NCBI RefSeq assembly: GCF_006345805.1
Contig: NC_042999.1
Location: 8,556,001-8,620,000, forward strand
Origin: Octopus sinensis
Lineage: Eukaryota
Reading direction: 5' to 3'
Length of the DNA stretch: 64,000 bases
Both the position numbers and the translations under genes were made by a program. This document shows, piece after piece, positions 11,854 to 23,234 of this stretch (position 1 is the stretch's first letter; each line of letters starts with the position of its first letter). The notes under the pieces were generated by a model that was not told the DNA's origin, did not search any database, and was given only the letters and a program-made list of their open reading frames with translations.

Positions 11854-13000
11854 CGACGACGACGACGACGATGATGATGATGATGATGATGATGATTTCA
11901 ATTATTTGCCACCAGGGCAAACAATATTAATAACAACAACAACAACTACTACTACTACTACTACTACTTCAAAGTTGATGAGAAATACTGTTGTCTAATG
12001 CTGTTGTCTCTTTCTTTTTTCGTGGGATGAAATATTGTTGCCGCAATACGTATTGATTTAATGTACAGTCATACAACTAACGGTTCGTAGGAAAATTGAA
12101 ACAATGGAATAAAGAACAAAGAATAAAGAATAAAGAATTTTATCAAAATATATTTTTAAGAAAAAATAGTTTTTCCACTTAGAATTAAGTCTTCAAAATA
12201 GAAAATATATTCAAACGACTTATTTCAGATGAAATGTAGATGAAATATTACATAAGTCTGAAAGTTCACAGTAATTTAATAAAATGGACAGTAACAGGAG
12301 AGGAAAGTATAAATGTGAATGGAGGTAAATGGCTGGGTGGTTAGAAAGCTTGTCCTGTGAACGACATGGTGCCAGGTTCAATCTCTCTTCACAGCACTTT
12401 GGATGTGTGCTTTCTTTCTATCATAGTCCCACATTGACAAATAACTTATCGTTCATTTGTTTCGGTCATTAGACTGCGGCCATGCTGGGGCACTTCTTTG
12501 GAGAATTTTAGTTGAATGCATCGACTCCAATAATTATTTTTCTTGAAAAGCCTGGTACTTATTCTATCAATCTCCTTTGCTGAACTGCTAAGTTATGGCA
12601 TGTAAACACAACAGCACAAGTTGTCAAGCAATAATGGGGACAAACACAAATGCAAAGACACACACACACACAAATATATCTATCTATCTATCTGTATATA
12701 TGTACATATATATATATGTATATATATATATGTATATATATGTGTATATATATATATATATATATAGATATATATATATATAATATATATATATATAATG
12801 ATAAATATCAAAGTGAGTTATATACAGTAGCGGTAACACATCGTGACGTATTTTTGCCATTTCAATATGGCTAACCCCTAAGGGTGGATGCTACTGTAGT
12901 TTTTAGCCCCAGGAGGACACACTCCTTCAGCTGGCCATAGACACACTATCTGTGTCCTGTCAGTATTTGCAAAGGGAAGTCATCCTTCCCGTCTTCAACT

Positions 13001-13061
13001 TATGATACACACGGACTCGAGTTTCGAGGTATTGACCTCTCATCAGCGTGTGACAATCATA
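13001..13061 (-). ncRNA. Type I hammerhead ribozyme, unit 1 (core CUGAUGA); predicted cleavage 3' of the C at 13014
   Basis: Minus strand: UAUGAU-UGU-CACACG CUGAUGA GAGG-UCAAUA-CCUC GAA ACUCGAGU C | CGUGUG-U-AUCAUA. All conserved core nucleotides and three stems are present. Confidence 0.9.
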
Positions 13062-13353
13062 GTTGTCGCCGAGAATTAGATTTCCTTCACAAATACTTAT
13101 ACTTTTTCCAGCGCCCACTGTCGCTGATATTGAAAAAGTGAAATCAACACAATGATAAATATCAAAGTGAGTTATATACAGTAGCGGTAACACATCGTGA
13201 CGTATTTTTGCCATTTCAATATGGCTAACCCCTAAGGGTGGATGCTACTGTAGTTTTTAGCCCCAGGAGGACACACTCCTCCAGCTGGCCATAGACACAC
13301 TATCTGTGTCCTGTCAGTATTTGCAAAGGAAGTCATCCTTCCCGTCTTCAACT

Positions 13354-13414
13354 TATGATACACACGGACTCGAGTTTCGAGGTATTGACCTCTCGTCAGC
13401 GTGTGACAATCATA
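13354..13414 (-). ncRNA. Type I hammerhead ribozyme, unit 2 (core CUGACGA); predicted cleavage 3' of the C at 13367
   Basis: Same fold as unit 1: stem I 6 bp + internal loop + 6 bp, stem II 4 bp with 6-nt loop, palindromic stem III, GUC triplet. Confidence 0.9.
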
Positions 13415-13706
13415 GTTGTCGCCGAGAATTAGATTTCCTTCACAAATACTTATACTTTTTCCAGCGCCCACTGTCGCTGATATTGAAAAAGTGAAATCAA
13501 ACAATGATAAATATCAAAGTGAGTTATATACAGTAGCGGTAACACATCGTGACGTATTTTTGCCATTTCAATATGGCTAACCCCTAAGGGTGGATGCTAC
13601 TGTAGTTTTTAGCCCCAGGAGGACACACTCCTCCAGCTGGCCATAGACACACTATCTGTGTCCTGTCAGTATTTGCAAAGGGAAGTCATCCTTCCCGTCT
13701 TCAACT

Positions 13707-13767
13707 TATGATACACACGGACTCGAGTTTCGAGGTATTGACCTCTCGTCAGCGTGTGACAATCATA
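13707..13767 (-). ncRNA. Type I hammerhead ribozyme, unit 3; predicted cleavage 3' of the C at 13720
   Basis: Identical motif to unit 2. Confidence 0.9.
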
Positions 13768-14059
13768 GTTGTCGCCGAGAATTAGATTTCCTTCACAAAT
13801 ACTTATACTTTTTCCAGCGCCCACTGTCGCTGATATTGAAAAAGTGAAATCAAACAATGATAAATATCAAAGTGAGTTATATACAGTAGCGGTAACACAT
13901 CGTGACGTATTTTTGCCATTTCAATATGGCTAACCCCTAAGGGTGGATGCTACTGTAGTTTTTAGCCCCAGGAGGACACACTCCTCCAGCTGGCCATAGA
14001 CACACTATCTGTGTCCTGTCAGTATTTGCAAAGGGAAGTCATCCTTCCCGTCTTCAACT

Positions 14060-14120
14060 TATGATACACACGGACTCGAGTTTCGAGGTATTGACCTCTC
14101 GTCAGCGTGTGACAATCATA
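14060..14120 (-). ncRNA. Type I hammerhead ribozyme, unit 4; predicted cleavage 3' of the C at 14073
   Basis: Identical motif to unit 2. Confidence 0.9.
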
Positions 14121-14255
14121 GTTGTCGCGAGGAGAATTAGATTCCTTCACAAATACTTATACTTTTTCCAGCGCCCACTGTCGCTGATATTGAAAAAGTG
14201 AAATCAAACAATGATAAATATCAAAGTGAGTTATATACAGTAGCGGTAACACATC

Positions 14256-14661
14256 GTGACGTATTTTTGCCATTTCAATATGGCTAACCCCTAAGGGTGG
14301 ATGCTACTGTAGTTTTTAGCCCCAGGAGGACACACTCCTCCAGCTGGCCATAGACACACTATCTGTGTCCTGTCAGTATTTGCAAGGGAAGTCATCCTTC
14401 CCGTCTTCAACTTATGATACACACGGACTCGAGTTTCGAGGTATTGACCTCTCGTCAGTGACGAGAGGTCAATACCTCGAAACTCGAGTCCATGTGTATC
14501 ATAAGTTGAAGACGGGAAGGATGACTTCCCTTTGCAAATACTGACAGGACACAGATAGTGTGTCTATGGCCAGCTGGAGGAGTGTGTCCTCCTGGGGCTA
14601 AAAACTACAGTAGCATCCACCCTTAGGGGTTAGCCATATTGAAATGGCAAAAATACGTCAC
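14256..14661. repeat. ~203-bp near-perfect inverted repeat (1-nt spacer at 14458) containing two truncated hammerheads
   Basis: 14256-14457 mirrors 14459-14661 with 1 substitution and 1 indel. The minus-strand copy keeps CUGACGA but lacks the 5' arm of stem I; the plus-strand copy reads GUGACGA. Confidence 0.95.
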
Positions 14662-14684
14662 TATATATATATATATATAGATAG

Positions 14685-14719
<35 letters not shown>

Positions 14720-14737
14720 ATATATATATATGTATGT

Positions 14738-15125
14738 GGAGGCACAATAGCTCAGTGGTTAGGGCAGCGGACTCGCGGTCGTAGGATCGCGGTTTCGATT
14801 CCCAGACCGGCGTTGTGAGTGTTTATTGAGCAAAAACACCTAAAAGCTCCACGAGGCTCCGGCAGGGGGTGGTGGTGATCCCTGCTGTACTCTTTCACCA
14901 TAACTTTCTCTCACTCTTACTTCCTGCTTCTGTTGTACCTGTATTTCAAAGGGTCAGCCTTGTCACTCTCTGTGTCACGCTGAATATCCCCCGAGAACTA
15001 CTTTAAGGGTGCACGTGTCTGTGGAGTGCTCAGCCACTTACACGTTAATTTCACGAGCAGGCTGTTCCATTGATTTGGATCAACCGGAACCCTCATCGTC
15101 GTAACCGACGGAGTGCTTCCATCCA
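14738..15125 (+). mobile_element. tRNA-derived SINE, ~390 bp, apparently full length
   Basis: A box TAGCTCAGTGG, B box GGTTTCGATTCC, CpG-rich; sits directly after the (TA)n flanking the ribozyme array. Confidence 0.8.
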
Positions 15126-15764
15126 TATGTATGTATGTATATATTTATAAATATTTTATTTTTTAATTTTTCATTTTTATTTTCATCTAGTTTCAGCTCA
15201 CGAGCTGTGACCATGCTGGGGCACCACCATATATATATATATATATATATATATATGACTGGCTTCTTTTAGTTTCCATCTACCAAATCTAAATCCACGC
15301 AGATGACTTTGCTCAGCCTGAGATTAAAAGATTAAAGCTGTAAACATTTGCCCAAGGTGCCACACAGTGGGACTGAACTCAGAACCATGGATACTGTGGA
15401 GAAGCATGTCATGTAAATGATAATTAGAACCCTTGCTGGGTATCATAATTCGATAGCAAAGAGGAAAAAATGTCTGTTTTATTTGATGATCAAGATGGAA
15501 TTTAAGAAGAGAATATGTGAGTGAAATCTATTAAATATGAGTTTGTGATTTCAATTCCAGTATAAGACTGGAACTTAATTTTATCAACCCTGGAAGGACA
15601 AAAGACTAAGTTGATCTAAGCATGATTTGAATTCAGACTATAATTCAGCACAAGAAATATTCTTTTCTACTCTAGGCACAAGGCCTGAAATTTTGGGAGG
15701 GGGGGCAGTCGATTAGAATGACCCCAGTATGCAACTGGTGCTTAATTTATTGAATCTGGTATGG

Positions 15765-16128
15765 TAGCCGGCTGGCAGAAACATTAACATGCCGGGCGAA
15801 ATGCTTAGCGGTATTTCGTCTGCCATTACGTTCTGAGTTCAAATTCCGCCGAGGTCAACTTTGCCTTTCATCCTTTCAGGGTCGATAAATTAAGTGCCAG
15901 TTACGCACTGAGGTTGATATTATTGACTTAATCTGTGTGTCTGTCCTTGTTTGTCCCCTCTGTGTTTAGTCTCTTGTGGGTAGTAAAGAAATAGGTACTT
16001 AATTTACTTACTCTGAAAGGATGAAAGGCAAAGTCGACCTCAGCAAAATTTGAACTCAAAACAAGACAGACGAAATACTGCTCAGCATTTCACCTGGCGT
16101 GCTAACAATTCTGCCAGCTCACTGCCAA
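15765..16128. mobile_element. Adjacent inverted S1 SINE pair (+ 15765-15995, - 15996-16128)
   Basis: The second copy is the reverse complement of the 5' half of the first. Confidence 0.8.
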
Positions 16129-16347
16129 AGATTTTATCCAACTCTCTAACAATTCCGTCTGTAAACCAAAATGATTAATATGTGATTTGGATACACATAG
16201 GCCTTGTAAAGATGATGTTAATAGGGTGAGAAATAATTGTCTGGTTGGCAATAACTTACATCAGAATATTATAAAAGTTCATAGCCATTACCAGCGCTAT
16301 AATGCGTCCATTGTCAACACCCTTAACTTTTGCAGACTTCTTTCAAC

Positions 16348-16396
<49 letters not shown>

Positions 16397-16399
16397 TAT

Positions 16400-16650
16400 A
16401 ATATTAGGCTCATGGGAGCTGCCCGTATCCTATGTAAAATACTGTCGATGTAATCTTAAACTTTTAAAACAAACTCATAATTTTCTTGTTTTCTTAAACA
16501 TTCTCTAGAATAATACAATGTACAAAACCAAACTTATGACACCCTAAGCATAACACCAACATGAAGTTCTAACTTGTTGTCTCTTGAGGTCTCTGGGTGA
16601 GACTTGGAGCCAACTTGTACAAATGCAAAGTGAAAGTCAAATGTGTAATA
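16400..16650 (+). mobile_element. R4/Dong-like family D 3' end
   Basis: LMGAARILCKILSM*; its 3' UTR recurs at 56750-56865; AAT flanks. Confidence 0.65.
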
Positions 16651-16699
<49 letters not shown>

Positions 16700-16700
<1 letters not shown>

Positions 16701-17517
16701 CTAAAACTGAAACAGCAACAGATCATGATAAAATGATGGCAAGAAAAGCCTCTTCATGGCAAATATTGGGTTAAATTAAACAGAAAAGAAACGGACAAAG
16801 CAAAATTCCAACAATGGCTGAGAAGCTCAAGATCCAAAGCAGAGACTGAAGGGTTTTTAATTGCAGCACAAGACCAAAGCCTCCCCACCTGAAATTACCA
16901 AAAACATGTATTGAAAAGAAATACAAGTAATTGCAGAATATGTGGAGATGGAAAAGAAACAATAAATCATATTATCTCTGGCTGCTCAGTCCTGGCTAAG
17001 AAGGAATATATTCACAGACATGACAAAGTTGGAACCTACATACATTGGAAGCTATGCCAACATTATGGAATAACAACAGAAAAAAGATGGTATAGGCACA
17101 CACCAGAAAAGGTCACAGAAAACGAGAAAGCAACCATACTCTGGGATATGCCGATACACACAGATAGAGAAATTAAGGCCAACAGACCAGATATAGTTGT
17201 CAGAGATCACCAAGAAAAAATGATTTTCAATTGATCTATCAATACCAACAGATGACAATGTTTCTCTCTCTAAAAGAAACAGAGAAACTTTCAAAATACA
17301 AAGACCTGGAAATAGAGGTAACCAGAATGTGGAATCTAAAAACAGGAACAATTCCTATCATTGTAGGTGCATTAGGCATGATAAAAAAATATTCAGACAA
17401 ATACATAACAAAAACACCAGGACTTACAAACACATATAACATACAGAAAATTGCACTACTAGGCACTGCACACATCCTACGCAAAACACTTTCAATACAA
17501 TAACCATCAGAGCATCT
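16700..17517 (+). mobile_element. R4/Dong-like family A fragment with CCHC knuckle and RLE
   Basis: ETEGFLIAAQDQSL, CRICGDGKETINHIISGC, RHDKVG, RPDIVV, KLSKYKDL. Confidence 0.9.
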
Positions 17518-18067
17518 CAAGACATATCCGAGGCACACATATCTGTGCTTGGTGGTGCAGTGAAAGCTCATGGTAAAGATAAGACTAATGAGAGTAGAGT
17601 GCCAAGTAGAGATGTTGCTAAAAGTTTGGCTCCTTGGCATGGCCAGAATCTACAGGAAGGTATTAGTTGAAGAGAACAAATAGGCTGCAGGTAGCCCGCT
17701 CATTGCTCATGCAGAATTTCAGGAGTTCCAACAAAACCTGAATTAAAAGAATAATAATAACAATACTGAGAATAATCTTAATTCTTTCTAATTGTGGCGA
17801 AGGCCAGTATTTTTCAGGTGAAGAGGATGTCATACAAATAGTGTCTCTCATTTCCAGTCTACTGTGAAAACATGTCTGGCCATGGAGGGGAAATATTACC
17901 TTACTTGGAAACAGGTGAGGGTTAGCAGCAGGAAGGGCATCCTGCTGTAGAAAACTTATCTCAATAAATTCTGTTTGACCAAGGCAAGCATGGAAATGTG
18001 GACATTAAAAGAAATGATGACAATGGGTGGCTTTGAAATTATCAGAATAATGGTATATTTCAATGTT

Positions 18068-18300
18068 TAAGGTGGCGAGCTGGCAGAAACGTTAGCACGC
18101 CGGGCAAATGCTTAGTAGTATTTCATCTGCCATTACGTTCTGAGTTCAAATTCTGCCGAGGTTGACTTTGCTTTTCATCCTTTCGAGGTCGATAAATTAA
18201 GTACCAGTAATGCACTGGGGTCGATCTAATCGACTTAATCCATTTGTTTGTCCTTGTTTGTCCCCTCTGTGTTTAGCCCCTTGTGGGTACTAAAGAAATA
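18068..18300 (+). mobile_element. S1 SINE
   Basis: Full match to the family consensus. Confidence 0.8.
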
Positions 18301-19762
18301 GGTATATTTCAATGTTTTAAACCTTTAGCATTTAGAAGGGCCATATCTGGCCCCCAATGTTCTGTTTTGTGTTCAAACTGGTAGGATAAGGCCTCCTACA
18401 TGTACCCTACGATGCCTTTCTAAAAGCGAGCAATCACATCAGCAACATTCTGAAGCTATGAAACAGATGCGTAAATAATTTGAAACATTGTCATCATCAT
18501 CACCATCACCATCCTCCTCCTCCTCCTCATTATCATCATCATTGTCATAATCATCATTTAATGTCCATTTTCCATGCTGGCATGGGTTGGACAGTATGGC
18601 AGGAGCTGAAAAGTGGGACGGCTGCACCAGAGTCCAGTTATCTGTTTTGGCATGCTTTCTATAGCTGGATGCCCTTCTTCCTAACGCCAACCACTTTACA
18701 GAGTGTGGACTGGGTGCTTTTTACATGGTACCCCCAGCCGTGCTTTTTACACATTTGACAGAGTAATATGAACGTTAAAGGGATAACGAAATGAGAAAAC
18801 ATGAAAGTTAGGAATGTCTGCTACAAGAAATGAAAACACGTAGCATTATAGAATGTAATTTTCACCAAAGATAAACAACCTCAGTTATTCTTTTCTCTTT
18901 GTATTACATATTCAGGATTAAGATATCAGGATTAAGACACAACTCACTCAAAGAAGATTAACAAAAAATGAAGTTAATAGTCGACCAGGATATGAATTAA
19001 CCTTCCAATAGTCCAACACACCTTTACTTTCGCTATCAGCTGCATATATTCAAGTTGAAGTAATGCGTATAGAATTAAACAATCACTGATAGAGAAAAAA
19101 AATGGGATTGAGAGATATGTGGTTTCGTAATGATAATGTTCTATAAGCTGTTACTGGGTGGGTTTTGAAAGGAAACATCATGTAAATATGTCAAATGAAG
19201 AATTTATAACAGATTTCAAATGACTAGGTTTCAATACAGATATCATAAATAGGAAAGTGTTATGGAGAATGTATATGGTTAACGCTGTCCAAAAGTCGAG
19301 CCAAAGAATTATCCAAATTGGATGAGTTGCCTTAAATAGTTTGTATTTATACAGACAAAATGGTCATTAGTAGCAACAGGACCAGCTGTAATCATCATAA
19401 AAAAACATTAGTGATATCAAAGAACTTTGCATATATGCACCATAAGTTTGGTATTTGTATAATGCGAAGTTTGAATTCATTAAGTGCCAACAGAGACATT
19501 GCGGAGACTGTTTATTGTTGGTATTATTTTTATTTTGTATATTCTCTCTACTCAATAATGGTTATCATGTGTACCTTCATTAGTATTTCCTACTTCGATG
19601 TATACGATTATACATACAAGCATACATACATACATACACACATATATATATGTATATTTATATATATATATATAGAACTACTATTTTTATCAATATACAT
19701 ATATATATATATATATATTTATACACACACACAAACATACATTATATATATTTGTATATGGG

Positions 19763-19794
<32 letters not shown>

Positions 19795-19839
19795 CATAAT
19801 ATATATGTATGCATGTACACATATATACAAATATATATA

Positions 19840-20150
19840 TCATCATCATCATCATTTAACGTCCGTTGACCATGTTGGCATGGGTTGGATGGTTTGACCA
19901 GGGCTGGTAAGCTGGAAGGCTGCATCAGTCTCCAGTCTGATTTGGCCTGGTTTTCTATAGCTGGATGCCCTTCGTAACACCAACCATTCTGAGAGTGTAA
20001 TGGGTGCTTTTATGTGCCACTGGCACGAGTGCCATTTGCATGACACCAGTATCTGCTATGACTGCGATTTTGCATGGCTTGATGGGTCTTCTTCACAAGC
20101 ACGACATAATGCCAAAGGTCTCGGTCATTGCCTCTGTGAGGCCCAACACT
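19840..20150 (-). mobile_element. RTE-family 3' fragment
   Basis: (CAT)n tail, GGATGCCCTT..AACCA core, and the end of the ORF. Confidence 0.8.
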
Positions 20151-20429
20151 CAAAAGATATATAATATATATATTTATATATATGTTTATATATAAATACA
20201 CACACTGACATACACCCACACACCCACACACACTCACACACACACACACACACATAGACACACACATATATATGTATGTATGTATGCATGAAAAGGATCC
20301 TAAACCCCAGGTCCCTAAGACTGGTTTCCCTGATTTTGTGTCATATCTATCCTTGCCCTCCACCCAGTATCACTGGATGGGACACTGATGTATCATAAGA
20401 TGACTCATTCTTTCCAGCTGAGTCTATGA

Positions 20430-21660
20430 GAGCAACGTATATATTTCAGCACTGTAATTACACACGTGCTGTTGGCAATTTATTTTCCTTCTTTGGACTT
20501 TTCTGTGTTTCCTTTCCAGTGAAGAGCTATGCTCAAAATGTCAAACTCTCTCTTTTCACTATGCTTCAAGCTGATCTAGGGTTGCACAATTTCAGGCCAT
20601 TTTGCAAGAGCAGTGTAAAAGAGATGAAAGAGGCAGTGGTATACGAAGTGAGAAAGGAGGAAGAAGAAAGGCGAAATGTACATTTGGTGCAATGCAGTCA
20701 ACAGGGACAGTGCCTGAGATGGGAGGAATATGTGATCAACCGCAGAATATCATGGAAGGAACTTTGGGCTTGGGAACAAGCAAGAACATCCTTCCTGATC
20801 AAGTCCACCTTCGATGTTCTACCCTCACCGGCAAACTTAGTCTGGTGGAACATAAAAACAACCGACGAGTGTAGATGCGGAGAGAAAGCAACGGTTAGAC
20901 ATGTTCTGTCAGGTTGCAGGCTAGCACTTGAAAGGTATACATGGCGGCATAATCAAGTCCTCGGTGTCATAAGCACAGCACTCAAGGAGAAGATCAAGAG
21001 ATATAATAGGGAAGTGTACCCAAAGAGGAAAAGCGCGGAAAAAAATACTTCCAGAAAGGGGGAACAGGACAGAAGGCAAGGCCTTCAAATAAAATATATG
21101 AGACAGATGAAAGATGGAAGGGATACTGGGGGCTGGCCATGGTTTTGCAAAGACTTAATATCTCCACTTATAAACAACAAAAAGACCGGGCTTAATCCTA
21201 TGGAACACAGAACGGAGAATTGGAATTTTGCTAAAGCTGACAGTGCCATAGGAAGAGAACATCACTAATGCAGAGCAATGGAAGGAGAAAAGGTATGAAA
21301 AATTAATTGAAGAGTGCAAAGAACAGGGATGGACTGTCGAGTATTATCACCTGGCAGTGAGGGCTAGGGGCTTCATGGAAAGGAAAATGACAATGTTATT
21401 CAAAAGAAGGTTTGCATTTTCGATCTCAGAACTGAGAAAAGTAATAGGGAGGATACAGGGGGCAGTCGAAAAAGCTATGTTCTATATATGGCTGAAGCGA
21501 GAAGACCAAAAATGGCTTGAAAGCCATAACGTGCTGACTGGAAAATTGCATCGCTAGGTGAGGCTGGCTGACACTTAAGCAGTATCTCTGATTGACAGGT
21601 GGGCCAAGGTAGTGATCTCGTTCATAGCGGCCCCTTCTCCTCATTTGAAGGCTTGTACCA
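20430..21660 (+). mobile_element. RLE-type non-LTR retrotransposon, HERO-like, frameshifted 3' part
   Basis: TFDVLPSPANL, CRCGEKATVRHVLSGC, RYTWRHNQVL; after a frameshift RPGLILW..LKLTVP*EENI..KRYEKLIEECKEQGW..VRARGF. Clade assignment is from motif recall. Confidence 0.75.
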
Positions 21661-21769
21661 CCAAACAGCTGGTTGGCTCTGGCTGCTGGAACTGAAACTA
21701 ACACGACACTGTTGGAAGGTAGGTTTAGAGAGGGTGCGAGCTAAGATTACGTGCTCTTCACTTCCATTG

Positions 21770-22130
21770 TCACATGACAGTTAGCTGGCACTGGCTGCTG
21801 GAGCCTACCAGCGAGTATTTAAAGGGAAATTTGGCAGGATGGTGATTTGCCACTGACATTCCTTGACGCTGCATTGAAGAAACCAAAGAACAAAAGAAGA
21901 AACGCACTCAACACCAGAGATGAAGACACCTCCAAAAGGCAGGAGCACCACATTGAAAACAGTAGAGGACTAGGGGCCGAAACCAGACGTGGTTCCTCCT
22001 GATGATGCCTTTAGCCACTGGATCCTATAAAGGAGCTGTTGAGGTAGCGGACCACGAAATGTGGTTGGAATTTTACTAGAAGTAGTTGTTGAAACTGAAG
22101 GTGGCTTTATGGAATGACATTAGAGAAAAG
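21770..22130 (+). mobile_element. Second, more decayed RLE-LINE remnant
   Basis: Scattered across frames: LKGNLAGW*FATDIP, KPDVV, GAVEVA..MWL. Confidence 0.35.
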
Positions 22131-22467
22131 AAGGAAGGCAGTGAACAGGCAGAATCGATAGCATGCTGGATGAAATGCTTAATGGTATTTTGCAAGTTGC
22201 TAAGTTTTTTAGTTCAAATTCTGCCAAGGTCAACTTTGCCTTGTAGGTAAATTAAATACCAGTTAAACACTGGGGTCGATGTAAGCGACTATACCCCCCC
22301 ACCTCACAAAAAAAAAAAAAATTCAGGCCTTGTGCCTTTAGTAGAAAGGATTCTTGAAAAGAAGGTTTATTTTTATCCTCATAGCATTTTTTGATAAAGT
22401 AGTTATCTGTGATTTATAAAGATAAATTTGTCCTCAAATATCTTATGCATCCTGTATATATATGTAT

Positions 22468-22500
<33 letters not shown>

Positions 22501-22786
22501 GCACACACACACACATAAACATATATATATTCATCCTTTTATGCTTCAGGTTTTACTTGTTTTGGGCATTAGACTGTGGCCATGCTTGGGCACCTCCTTC
22601 AAGAATTATGATCAAAGAAAATTGAACCCCAGTACATTTATTTATATTTTTTAAAGGCTGGTATTTATTCCATTTGTCTCTTTTGCTGAACTTCTAAGTT
22701 ATGGGGACATAAACTCGGGAACTCATGTCGTTAGACAGTGGTGGAGAATATATGTGTGTGTGTGTGAGTGTGTGTGAGTGTGTGTA

Positions 22787-22834
<48 letters not shown>

Positions 22835-23234
22835 ATTTCAATAGTGTGTGTGCTTATACATACCTGTAAATGTGTAAGTTTATCAAAGCTTCTATGTTCC
22901 TCTAAAACCTTATTAGAGCAATGCGAGAGAGAGAGAGACGGAGAGGAGAGAGAGTGAGAGAGAAAGAGAGAGAGAGAGTAAGTGGTAAAAGTTATTGATG
23001 ACTGCATGTAAGAATCAGTATTTCTTGTGGGACTTGAAAATATTATGTTTTAATGAGTTGAGTCTCTACAGGAATACGGAAGTAGAAGGGGTAAGAAGAG
23101 CGCTCATGTTTGGTGGTGCACCCATTTTTGCATGCATGCAGAAGCATGTATGCACACGTATTTATATAGATATCAATATAAATATATATACTTATATGTA
23201 TATGTATATATATATGCGTATGTATATATATTAT

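Larger units (their letters stand above)
12798..14661 (-). mobile_element. Hammerhead-ribozyme tandem array (putative non-LTR retrozyme): 4 full ~353-bp units, 1 partial unit and a ~203-bp inverted terminal copy, in a (TA)n tract
   Basis: Units start at 12798, 13152, 13504, 13857 and 14211 and differ by only a few SNPs/indels. Each has a hammerhead on the minus strand. Inversion axis at 14458. (TA)n on both flanks; no meaningful ORF. Confidence 0.88.

Noticed and set aside
12960-13857. Repeated minus-strand ORFs (MFDFTFSISATVGAGKSISICEG...; the GAGKS resembles a P-loop)
   Set aside because: Short, broken by indels between units and TTG-started. The unit is better explained as a structured non-coding ribozyme RNA.
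19000-19560. Repeat-free stretch as a possible coding exon or transposase
   Set aside because: All frames contain multiple stops and no recognisable motif.
21970-22015. GGCCGAAACCAGACGTGGTTCCTCCTGATGA as a permuted hammerhead
   Set aside because: No room for stem I between the cleavage site and CUGAUGA; it reads KPDVV, the PD motif of a decayed RLE endonuclease.
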